A stretch of 63,413 nt of DNA from Candidatus Nanohaloarchaea archaeon (GTDB taxonomy: Archaea; Nanohalarchaeota; Nanosalinia; Nanosalinales; Nanosalinaceae), in contig JBEQBQ010000005.1 of the NCBI GenBank assembly GCA_041639695.1, forward strand, positions 1-63,413. Reading direction: 5' to 3'. The translations under genes and the position numbers were made by a program. The notes under the pieces are model-generated. The model saw only the letters and a program-made list of their open reading frames with translations, was not told the origin of the DNA and did no database searches. Positions 38,508 through 46,789 of this stretch are shown piece after piece (position 1 is the stretch's first letter; every line of letters starts with the position of its first letter).

Positions 38508-38696
38508 TTACCTCGTTCGAATTGCGTATCTTCCTGGTGTCTGGATTTCAAGCTGTTCAGCGATCTCTGAACCTTCCGGATCGTAGATCACGACAAGCCC
38601 GCTCCAGTTCTCGGATAGATCGTTGTTTTTACATACAGGGCATTCGTCGGAGTCCTCGACGATCCTGTTACATTCTTTACATGCGCGTTCTGCCAT
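38508..38696 (-). CDS. spt4: Transcription elongation factor Spt4 (RpoE2)
   Basis: ACKEC..CPVC, WSG..I.DPE.SEIA and PGRYA motifs. Confidence 0.95.
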   Translation of the reverse strand: MAERACKECNRIVEDSDECPVCKNNDLSENWSGLVVIYDPEGSEIAEQLEIQTPGRYAIRTR

Positions 38697-38711
38697 CTTC
38701 TTTCTACCTCT

Positions 38712-39290
38712 TTACTCTGCCTCGGCTTCCTCAGCCTCTTCCTCGGCTTTTTCCTCTTCGTACTGCTCGATCCATTCGTCTTTACCGAGTCCTGGCTGTC
38801 TCATCGTCAGGTTGATCTTGTTTGTGTCCTGCTTCTCCATAGAGACTGCGATGATTCTCGCTGTAACCGTATCGTTAACCTGTAGGTTGTGCTGCTCTTC
38901 CTCGGAGACGAGCATCGAGTTCTCTTCGTCCATGTTGACGTACTCGTCCATCACTTGGCTGACGTGGCATAGTCCGTCGAAAGGTCCGATTCTGATGAAA
39001 GCACCGAACTCTGTTATGTCGACGACTTCGCCGTTGATTACTTCGTGTAGTTCCGGTTCGAAGACTATTGCGGTGTACTCTACTTCATAGTGGACCCCTG
39101 CGTCCTCTGGTTTGATATCGCCACCTTCAATATTCTTTACTTCCTCGATTCCGATTACTACACCGATTTCTTCGTAGATGTTGCCCTCTACCTCGGACTC
39201 GAGTCCTGCTTTGACGCTTTCGTCGACGTCCTCACCGAAGTGTTGTGGAGGAACTCTTACCGAGTCCTCAACTGTCAGCCTTTTGTACAT
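38712..39290 (-). CDS. rpoE1: RNA polymerase subunit Rpo7 (E')
   Basis: VRVPP, FGAFIRIGPFDGLCHVSQ and TMRQPGLGK motifs. Confidence 0.97.
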   Translation of the reverse strand: MYKRLTVEDSVRVPPQHFGEDVDESVKAGLESEVEGNIYEEIGVVIGIEEVKNIEGGDIKPEDAGVHYEVEYTAIVFEPELHEVINGEVVDITEFGAFIRIGPFDGLCHVSQVMDEYVNMDEENSMLVSEEEQHNLQVNDTVTARIIAVSMEKQDTNKINLTMRQPGLGKDEWIEQYEEEKAEEEAEEAEAE

Positions 39291-39366
39291 CTTTTTTACC
39301 TCTAAAACAAGTACAGTCTCGTTCGCAAGCTTTAAATTGGGTTTGTCTTCCCTGTTTCGAGAAGGT

Positions 39367-39750
39367 TCACAGGTTCTGTGAACGCCTGTTCACAACCTCG
39401 AGATGGTTGCTCTGCCGGATAATGATGACGGGATTGCCCTTCTCGAGGATCCTCTGTTTCAGTTCCCTGTCGTTTGTGGCGATGACATACTCGTCCGAGA
39501 GCTCCACTAGCAGGTCATCTACGGTTCCTTCTCCCTCGGTCTCCAAAATTTCAATGGACTGCTCCTCCAGGAACTTTTCCACGAGCTGTCCGTACTTGCC
39601 TTTCTCGATGCTCTTCGCCTCCTGCACCGCATCGTCGATAGTGTAGAGCTCGTGGAAAGGGTAGAGTCTCTCGATCTCGTCGAACAGAGAGAACGAGAGC
39701 TGGAACGGCGCCACGAGAAAGTTCGTGTCGAGTATGATTTTGGGGTCCAT
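39367..39750 (-). CDS. PIN domain protein (Fcf1/Utp24-like)
   Basis: ILDTNFL, VDD and ATNDRELK motifs; conserved position upstream of rpoE1. Confidence 0.9.
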   Translation of the reverse strand: MDPKIILDTNFLVAPFQLSFSLFDEIERLYPFHELYTIDDAVQEAKSIEKGKYGQLVEKFLEEQSIEILETEGEGTVDDLLVELSDEYVIATNDRELKQRILEKGNPVIIIRQSNHLEVVNRRSQNL

Positions 39751-39753
39751 TTT

Positions 39754-40845
39754 TTACGTTCTCCATTCTTTCGAGGTGCTGTTGATGGTTTTGTTTCCTT
39801 CTTCCGTTATGACTACTGTGTTCTCGACTTTTACTCCGAAATCTTCTCTCAGGTAAATTCCTGGTTCAATCGTTAACACCATGCCTGGCTTTAATTCTTG
39901 TTCGTTTCCTCTTACTACTGAAGGTCTTTCGTGTGTTGATCGGCCAAGGCCATGCCCTGTCGAAGTAATGTAGTTGTCGCCGTAACCTTTTTCTTCTATA
40001 AAACTTCTGGCGGCATCCCCAACGGATCCTGCTGTATTTCCTGGCTTAGCTTTATCAAGCGCTTTTTCGTAACCCTTATTAACTGTTTTAAATAAATCTT
40101 TGAACTTTTTGGAAGGTTCTCCGCTAAAGACCAAGGTTCTGGCGCAATCGCTGCAATAATTTTCGTATGTTGTACCTATATCGAGCACTACAGGCTCACC
40201 TTCTTCTATAACTTTGTCTCCTGGCTTATGAAATACTTCGGAGCCGTTCTCTCCAGCCGCTACTATAGGTCTGAACGCGGGCTCTTCACCTCCTTTCTCT
40301 CGAAACTTTGATAATATGAGATCTGCGACTTCCTTCTCGGTCATTCCAATCACGTCTTCAGATCTGAGATCCTCTATAACAAGGTCGGTTATCTCCGCCG
40401 CCTTTTCAAGTACTTCAATTTCTTCGGGCAACTTTTCCTGTTTAAGCTCCTGTAGAAGGTTTTCACCGCTTTCTGTGCATCTATCTAGTTTTTCCTCGAT
40501 CTTTCTGCCATGTGCATGGTACATGAAGTCGTCTAGAAGCACTTTTCCTTCGGTCTGACCAAAGTATGATTTTATAGTATCGTATGCTTTTTTAGGGCTC
40601 TGCCAGACCTCTATACTGTCTATGTATGAGTGGTTCTCCAGCTGTTCCTCCATTAGTTTGGGGGCCACGAACATTGGTTCCTTCGCTGGTGAGAGCAACA
40701 GGAAGACTTCGAAAGCCTTCTTCTCGTACTCAAAGCCAGATAGGTATCCCATGTCGGGACCTACGGAAATCACCATTCCCGCAGCTTCTTGCTGGTTTAT
40801 TTTCTTTTTGAGTTTCTTCTGTCTCTTCAGGACAGTCTTTTTCAT
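39754..40845 (-). CDS. M24 family Xaa-Pro peptidase
   Basis: LDIG, SDCART, GHGLG..THE, IEPG and VEN metal ligands. Start at ATG 40845 is preferred. Confidence 0.92.
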   Translation of the reverse strand: MKKTVLKRQKKLKKKINQQEAAGMVISVGPDMGYLSGFEYEKKAFEVFLLLSPAKEPMFVAPKLMEEQLENHSYIDSIEVWQSPKKAYDTIKSYFGQTEGKVLLDDFMYHAHGRKIEEKLDRCTESGENLLQELKQEKLPEEIEVLEKAAEITDLVIEDLRSEDVIGMTEKEVADLILSKFREKGGEEPAFRPIVAAGENGSEVFHKPGDKVIEEGEPVVLDIGTTYENYCSDCARTLVFSGEPSKKFKDLFKTVNKGYEKALDKAKPGNTAGSVGDAARSFIEEKGYGDNYITSTGHGLGRSTHERPSVVRGNEQELKPGMVLTIEPGIYLREDFGVKVENTVVITEEGNKTINSTSKEWRT

Positions 40846-40932
40846 AAACAAGGCTTTCTTTCCGAAGAGATATAATCTTTTATTAGGTAAACTTCCCGAA
40901 CTAAAAGTTGGGGTCATGCCAAAAACTTAAAT

Positions 40933-40952
40933 TTGTTATCTGGCAATAGTTA
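40933..40952 (+). promoter_or_regulatory. TTGTTA-N8-TAGTTA site
   Basis: Perfect left half (9/12 overall); follows CTTAAAT and ends 3 nt before the ATG at 40956. Confidence 0.45.
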
Positions 40953-40955
40953 ATT

Positions 40956-41660
40956 ATGAGCGATGAAAACTTCATGATCGGGTACGGCAGCCTCATCAAC
41001 CCGGAGTCGCTGATCGCGAGGTTTGAAGGTGTTGAAGCAGGCGACATCGGCGAGATATACGACGAGGCGCCGGAGTACCCGAGCGGCGATCTGCTGAGGG
41101 ACGAAGTCCTCGAGCAGTGGGACGAGATGGTCGGCGACATTCACGTAGTGCCTGTAAAACTTGAGGGCGGTTTCGAGAGGCGTTATTCACATGAAAGTGA
41201 CAGGAGCGGCGGGATGCTCGACGCCGTCTACGATGATGAAGGCGATGGCTGGATCAACGGCGTCCTGGTGACCGGTCTCGATGACAGCCAGTTCAAGGAT
41301 GTGGCGGACACCGAGACGGGCTACGACACCGTTTCTATCGCGGGGGAGAACATCGATCCGTACATAAGCGACGAGTTAATGGCGGATATGGGCGTAGAAA
41401 TCCCTGGAGAGGTCGAGATATTCGTTCCGGAAAAGGGCTCCGAGTTCGCCAACATGGAGACCGACAGGGAAAAGAACCAGGTGTACCACGACAGGATCTT
41501 GAAGGGTATCGACCTTCTCGGCGAGATGTACGGAGAAACCGTCGCCAACGAGTTCAGGGAGGACTACCTGAGAACCACGGAGGAGAAGAACCAGAACCCT
41601 CTCGAGAGAGGCGGTTACAGCGACGCGATGGTTGGACAGACGGTGCAGTACTGGTTCTAG
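40956..41660 (+). CDS. Gamma-glutamylcyclotransferase-like (GGCT/ChaC/AIG2 fold) protein
   Basis: IGYGSLIN, GFERR, INGVL and ETGY motifs. G/C-ending codons dominate. Confidence 0.7.
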   Translation: MSDENFMIGYGSLINPESLIARFEGVEAGDIGEIYDEAPEYPSGDLLRDEVLEQWDEMVGDIHVVPVKLEGGFERRYSHESDRSGGMLDAVYDDEGDGWINGVLVTGLDDSQFKDVADTETGYDTVSIAGENIDPYISDELMADMGVEIPGEVEIFVPEKGSEFANMETDREKNQVYHDRILKGIDLLGEMYGETVANEFREDYLRTTEEKNQNPLERGGYSDAMVGQTVQYWF

Positions 41661-41703
41661 CCCGGGCTGAACACTAATAAATCCGGTCGACTGAGTAATT
41701 TCT

Positions 41704-42639
41704 ATGTTCAATCTGGCCTCGCTGTGGGACGACGCGGTAAGCGACTGGGAGCTAGAAGAACCGTTCTCGAAGCAACAATACAACAAAGATTACGAGCACT
41801 ACTCTAAACTGGCAGAGCAAAAAGACGCGAAACTGTTCCTCGCACATTATACTTGGTATAAGGACGGCGAGATGCAGAAAGCCTTCACCTATGAAAATGG
41901 AAAATGGAGGAAAGTCCACAATATCGAGGTTGATGGCGTCTGGGATGCATTCAAGATTAACGAGGAGACTATGAGAATAAAGAAGGAAATGAAGCAAAGG
42001 CACGTGATGATTAATCGGCCGGACGTAGATAAACTGTGTAAAGACAAGCTTGAGACTTATGAGAAGTTCAGCGAACTTGTTCCCGAAACCAAGAAGGCTT
42101 CAGAAACGAATGTGGAAGAAATAATCGAAAGATACGGCAGAGCTGTCGTGAAACCGAGAGATGACTGGGGCGGCGAAGGCGTACAGCTAGTAGAAAATAC
42201 CTCAGAGTTCGAAGGAGAACCTGAAGAATGGCTGGTACAGGAGTTCGTTGATGCTTCGGAAGGAATCTCCCAACTCGGAGTAGAGGGAATACATGACCTC
42301 AGGGCTTTAGTCGTGAACGGCGATGTTATAACCGGTTTCCTGAGGCAGCCGGATGAAGGCTTCGTCAGTAACGTCCACCAGGGAGGAAGCATTGAAGTAG
42401 TTAAAGTTGAGGAGTTTCCTGAAGAAGCTCTGGAGAAAGTTGAAAAGGTGAAGGAAGAGATGTCGGATCTTGAACCGTATCTCATGACGGTAGATATGAT
42501 CTACGATTCGAAGACAGAGAAGTTCAGGGTGCTGGAGCTCAACTCCAAGCCGGGCATGAGCTTCTACGGTAGAGAGGATATGAAGAAAGCAAAGTCGGCG
42601 ATAGCCGAAACTTTATACGAGGCTTTCAAAAGAGGCTAA
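41704..42639 (+). CDS. ATP-grasp ligase (RimK/GshB-like)
   Basis: CKDK, VVKPRDDWGGEGV, LVQEFV, DLR, SNVHQGG and ELNSKPG motifs. Confidence 0.9.
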   Translation: MFNLASLWDDAVSDWELEEPFSKQQYNKDYEHYSKLAEQKDAKLFLAHYTWYKDGEMQKAFTYENGKWRKVHNIEVDGVWDAFKINEETMRIKKEMKQRHVMINRPDVDKLCKDKLETYEKFSELVPETKKASETNVEEIIERYGRAVVKPRDDWGGEGVQLVENTSEFEGEPEEWLVQEFVDASEGISQLGVEGIHDLRALVVNGDVITGFLRQPDEGFVSNVHQGGSIEVVKVEEFPEEALEKVEKVKEEMSDLEPYLMTVDMIYDSKTEKFRVLELNSKPGMSFYGREDMKKAKSAIAETLYEAFKRG

Positions 42640-42642
42640 ACT

Positions 42643-43560
42643 ATGGACAATATAGGCTTTCTCTTCTCGAACTACGAGATAAACGAGGAAGAAAAACCTT
42701 TCGGCGATCAGTATCTCAACGAGACATACAGCGACTTCAGCAAACTAGGTTCTGAAAGAGGTCTCAAAATAATTCTGGCCCGGTTTGAATGGTACGAAGG
42801 AGAAAAACTTGAGAAGGGCTGGATCCAAGATGAGGGGTGGAGGAAGGTCGAAAACCCAGAGATCGAAGGTGTCTTCGACAAGTTCAAGTTCGGCGAAGAT
42901 ACGCGGAAACTGACGCAGAGAATAAAGCGACAGGTCGGTATAATCAACGATCCCGAGCTTGAGGAGATTTGCAAGGACAAGCTTTTGACCTATGAGGAGT
43001 TCTCGGATGCTGTTCCGGAGACAAGAGAAGCAACTGAGGAGAATCTCTCGGAGTTCCTGCAAAGGGATGGAAAAGCGGTCCTGAAGCCTCGTTACGGCTT
43101 TGGAGGTGATGGAGTCAGTGTTGTGGAGAGTGTAGATCAACTCGAGGATGAAGATCTTGTCCAGAGATTTGTCGAGCCCGGAGAAAGCGAAGTGCTGGAT
43201 TTAGAAGGTTATCACGACTTGAGGCTTATCTTTGTGAATGAAGAGCTTGTCCTGAGCTATGTCCGTACGCCTGACGAAGGATTTGTAAGCAATATCGCTC
43301 AGGGAGGAGAGATGAGATATCTGGAGCTGAATCAGGTTCCCGAAGAGGCACTGAACGTCGCTGAGCCTGTGAGAAAGAAGTTCTCTCAATTTAAGCCCAA
43401 CCTATACTCGGTTGATTTGATGCTCGACAGCTCCGGAGAGTTTAGGGTTATAGAACTGAACTCGAAGCCGGGCATAGGATTCAGGCATCCTGAGGAGGTC
43501 AAGAAGTTCGAACTACCGGCGATGAAGTCCTTGGTCGATGCGATGGAGGATCTAGTCTGA
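42643..43560 (+). CDS. ATP-grasp ligase (RimK/GshB-like), tandem paralog
   Basis: CKDK, VLKPRYGFGGDGV, LVQRFV, DLR, SNIAQGG and ELNSKPG motifs. Confidence 0.9.
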   Translation: MDNIGFLFSNYEINEEEKPFGDQYLNETYSDFSKLGSERGLKIILARFEWYEGEKLEKGWIQDEGWRKVENPEIEGVFDKFKFGEDTRKLTQRIKRQVGIINDPELEEICKDKLLTYEEFSDAVPETREATEENLSEFLQRDGKAVLKPRYGFGGDGVSVVESVDQLEDEDLVQRFVEPGESEVLDLEGYHDLRLIFVNEELVLSYVRTPDEGFVSNIAQGGEMRYLELNQVPEEALNVAEPVRKKFSQFKPNLYSVDLMLDSSGEFRVIELNSKPGIGFRHPEEVKKFELPAMKSLVDAMEDLV

Positions 43561-44439
43561 GTTTCTCTGGCGTTCCATAGCTCTTTCATGAAGCCGCTCA
43601 ACCATCTTGAGAATAACATCTGTGCCTATAATCTCGTTCATTTCTTCGTTTATTCCGTATGAGCCGTTAACTTCCAGAACATACGCTTCGTCCTCGGTCT
43701 CGATTACATCGCATCCGCATATATCGAAGCCGGTGGCCCGTGCTGCTCTGATTGCGGCGGTTTTCATTTCCTCTGTTAGTTCGGCTTTTTTGCGTTCTCC
43801 GCCGCCGGAAATGTTTGAACGCCATTCATCGCCGCTACTTGAACGGCTGTAAGCCATAACTTCATCGCCTATAACGATTACACGGTTGTCGGTCCCTGCA
43901 TGTTCCTTGAAGTCCTGGAGGCAGATCTCCTGTTCGAACGACTTCATCGTGTCCATAACAGGTTTCAGTTCGTTTTCCGAGCTTGCCCTCATAACCCCTT
44001 CGCCTCCACCACCCTTGATAGTCTTCATGATGATCGGGTATCCAAGGGTTTTTGCGGCCTCTACCGCCACGTCCGGAGAAAGGGTATAGACACTGTCAGG
44101 TACGTTTATACCGGTCTCGGCTAGTACTTTCATCGAGTAGAACTTGTTTGACTCGTAGCTGTAGGTGTCGTTGGCGGCCTGTGTCACAACGCCTTCCTCG
44201 TTCAGTATTTCAACGAGGTGTTCGGAGAAAAGCATGTCTCTGTCGGAGGTCCTTATGTATATGGCGTCGAATTCTGTCAGGTCGACGTCTTTGTACAGAA
44301 CTTTCTGGTCCTCGTCGCTGTGTACTAGCTTCAGTCCGTCTACAGGTGCGGCTAGCACGGAGTCAAAAATGTCTTCTGCCCGCTCCATAAGCAGCTGGTG
44401 CTGGGTAGAAACTTCTCCATAGATAATTCCAAGCTTCAT
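43552..44439 (-). CDS. RimK-family alpha-L-glutamate ligase
   Basis: SNK, GYPIIMK..GGGGEGV, D.RV, WRSNISGGG, GCDVI and LEVN motifs. Confidence 0.9.
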   Translation of the reverse strand: MKLGIIYGEVSTQHQLLMERAEDIFDSVLAAPVDGLKLVHSDEDQKVLYKDVDLTEFDAIYIRTSDRDMLFSEHLVEILNEEGVVTQAANDTYSYESNKFYSMKVLAETGINVPDSVYTLSPDVAVEAAKTLGYPIIMKTIKGGGGEGVMRASSENELKPVMDTMKSFEQEICLQDFKEHAGTDNRVIVIGDEVMAYSRSSSGDEWRSNISGGGERKKAELTEEMKTAAIRAARATGFDICGCDVIETEDEAYVLEVNGSYGINEEMNEIIGTDVILKMVERLHERAMERQRNSD

Positions 44440-45245
44440 TTTTCACCCTCCTTCAGCAACTTCGCGATCGTTTCGTGGACGTTTTTTCCGCCAGCGTCCG
44501 AGAAAAGTTCTAGATTGGGATTAGGATTAATATCGAATAATTGCTCTCCCCGCAGCTTTACCTCTGCTACGGAGGTGCCTAGAGAGTTCATACAGTCCCG
44601 TATCTTTTTCTCCTTCGAATCTGAAATGTTCGAGTACTTGGGGCTCTCATCTTTGAACTTCCATGAGTCCGAGTTATCCTTAAGCGATATTATTTCGTCT
44701 CCAATAACTAGACAACGGTATTTCTCTCCTTTATCGTAGTTCTGGAATAGCAGCACATCGTCCTCGTATTCAGTTCCTTCGGCAAAGCTTTGAATGTCTT
44801 CGACAGTATCCAGTTTTCTTCTTTCCGTCTCTTCAAGGTTTTCCAGCTTTCTTCCTACTAAAGGAGGTTCAACCTGTTTGTGGACGTTTCTAGCTGCTTT
44901 CTCGGTCGGTACTACAACGGTGTTAGGTGAATTGATGCCTCGTTTTTTCAATACGTAGTAGAGATAATTTTTCTTTGAAAGAGCGAAGAAGCAAGTTGAG
45001 GAAATACTGGTCTTGACTCCTTTTTCTTCAGCCATTTCAAGAAGTACTCTTCCGAAGACGGCGTTCCTTGGATTTATCCTTACGAAAACAGCGTCATATT
45101 TGTCAATACTGTTTCCGTTCACTCTGACGTCTTTCTCTCCCTTGATTACTTCGGGTGCGATTCGATCCAGTTTCTTGTGGTCTACCTCGTCGAAGAAAGG
45201 TTCGAATTCCTCTATTGGTTCTTCAGCTATTGTCAGAAGTTTGAT
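44436..45245 (-). CDS. Degenerate RimK-like ATP-grasp protein (probable ATC start)
   Basis: The frame stays open 41 codons upstream of the track's GTG. IKLLTI...FFDEV...YDAVFVR aligns with neighbour MKLGII...IFDSV...FDAIYIR. Gly loop is lost and DINPNP replaces EVN. Confidence 0.75.
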   Translation of the reverse strand: MKLLTIAEEPIEEFEPFFDEVDHKKLDRIAPEVIKGEKDVRVNGNSIDKYDAVFVRINPRNAVFGRVLLEMAEEKGVKTSISSTCFFALSKKNYLYYVLKKRGINSPNTVVVPTEKAARNVHKQVEPPLVGRKLENLEETERRKLDTVEDIQSFAEGTEYEDDVLLFQNYDKGEKYRCLVIGDEIISLKDNSDSWKFKDESPKYSNISDSKEKKIRDCMNSLGTSVAEVKLRGEQLFDINPNPNLELFSDAGGKNVHETIAKLLKEGEK

Positions 45246-45251
45246 TGTGGA

Positions 45252-46748
45252 TCAATCCTCGTTGGGAGACCATAGATGTGTCACATCTCCGTTTTTCCGC
45301 CATTTCTCCATGTAGCTTGAAACGGATTCGGGCATGCTCTCCTGCATAAGTCTTCCCTGTCTCATAATCTTTGTAAGCCTCGACTCGAGGGTCTTCGAAA
45401 GCTCATCGTAATAGTTTCTATCGGAGTAGATCAGGTCATTCTTGATTCTCCAGAAAGCTGTTGTGCCCTGAGGTGCTAAGACGTAGTAACCTGAATCTTC
45501 AGCGATCGCTTTACGTAGTTTTTCTCTTTCAACATAGTATACTCCGGCATCTTTCACAGGATCTACAACCAGAATCTCTCTGTTTTCAACTCCGACACAA
45601 AGCACGAACTGCTCGCCATCTGACTCAGGGAAGATCTTACTTTTCTCGATAGTCATAGATACTAGGCCGCCATCGTTGAACCATGTTTTGAGTTCGGCAG
45701 CAAGATCCGTTATTTTGTCTTTCTCAACAAATGCTGTCTTCACTTCTGACTCTGTGGCTTGAGAAACCGCTTCCTCGATCTCTTCAGGGCTTGAACTTTC
45801 TATCTTCTGGCTTATTTGTTTCTGGGTAGCCCTGTAGCCGAAGATTTCGAGAGCCATAACTATAGAGGCCGGACCCGAGGTCTCCGTGCCTTCAGCAACA
45901 AAGTACTCCTTAATATCTTCAAGAGTTTCAAGGTCGCTCTGCGTTCTCTTGAACGCCATCTTCGAATCCATCATTCTCTGGTTAGGTACAACTATTGTTC
46001 TTCCTTCCATAGTGTCAAGGCTTGTGCTAAACAGTGAGACTTTCTGGACTTCTGCTATTTCTCCATCAATCTCTGCTTCCTCCCCAGGCCTAACATTTCT
46101 AGTGTTTTTCAAGTAGATGCCTGCAGCATAGTTTTCAAACAGGTCCTTGAATCCGTAGAAGACAAGTCCTGCGATTAGGAATGCTGCGGCCCAAGAAGAC
46201 GCGGTTACAAGCTCATCAACGAAAGTGCTTCCTATGTTAAGCTCTGTCAGAGCAAGCTGCATCAACAATAGGTATAGGAATCCTTTGAGGAGGCCTCCAA
46301 GAAGATCGATCGAGCCGCCGGAAAGCCCTAGCTCGTTCATGTAGCTTTCAGTTCCAAGGTTTCTCAACATTTCTCTACTTAGTCTAGTCGCCAAGTTAAT
46401 GGCTATAAAGCCCAGTACCGCCACTAGCACAGCTGATAGCACTCTCGGCACGTAGCCGGAGAGGCTGGAAAGCACCTGTGTGGATAAACCAGTATTAATA
46501 TAGAGAAGTGCAAGTAGAAGGACTCCTGCATCAAGAATGTATGAGAGGTATTCAAGTACTTCGTAACGGTTCTCAACATCTTTCTTTGTCAGGTCCTGGC
46601 TCCGGTTAGCCCAGTACTTTCTTCCTAGAATGTTTACGAGTTTCACGCCGAGATGCCCCATCACAAGTATCAGGAGTGCGACACCGGTACGTACCAACGG
46701 GTTTTGCCCCATTCCAAAGTCTAGGAGAGAAGCTAGTAACTGGGCCAT
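45252..46748 (-). CDS. MscS-family mechanosensitive channel fused to an inactive C39 peptidase-like domain
   Basis: TM helices, FKDLFENYAAGIYL and VVPNQ (MscS), then SGPASIVMALEIFG...QFVLCVG...VVDP (C39-like, lacking catalytic Cys and His). Confidence 0.8.
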   Translation of the reverse strand: MAQLLASLLDFGMGQNPLVRTGVALLILVMGHLGVKLVNILGRKYWANRSQDLTKKDVENRYEVLEYLSYILDAGVLLLALLYINTGLSTQVLSSLSGYVPRVLSAVLVAVLGFIAINLATRLSREMLRNLGTESYMNELGLSGGSIDLLGGLLKGFLYLLLMQLALTELNIGSTFVDELVTASSWAAAFLIAGLVFYGFKDLFENYAAGIYLKNTRNVRPGEEAEIDGEIAEVQKVSLFSTSLDTMEGRTIVVPNQRMMDSKMAFKRTQSDLETLEDIKEYFVAEGTETSGPASIVMALEIFGYRATQKQISQKIESSSPEEIEEAVSQATESEVKTAFVEKDKITDLAAELKTWFNDGGLVSMTIEKSKIFPESDGEQFVLCVGVENREILVVDPVKDAGVYYVEREKLRKAIAEDSGYYVLAPQGTTAFWRIKNDLIYSDRNYYDELSKTLESRLTKIMRQGRLMQESMPESVSSYMEKWRKNGDVTHLWSPNED

Positions 46749-46789
46749 ATAATTAGTTCATCCTCCTTCAGCCTATAAAAAACCGTGTG

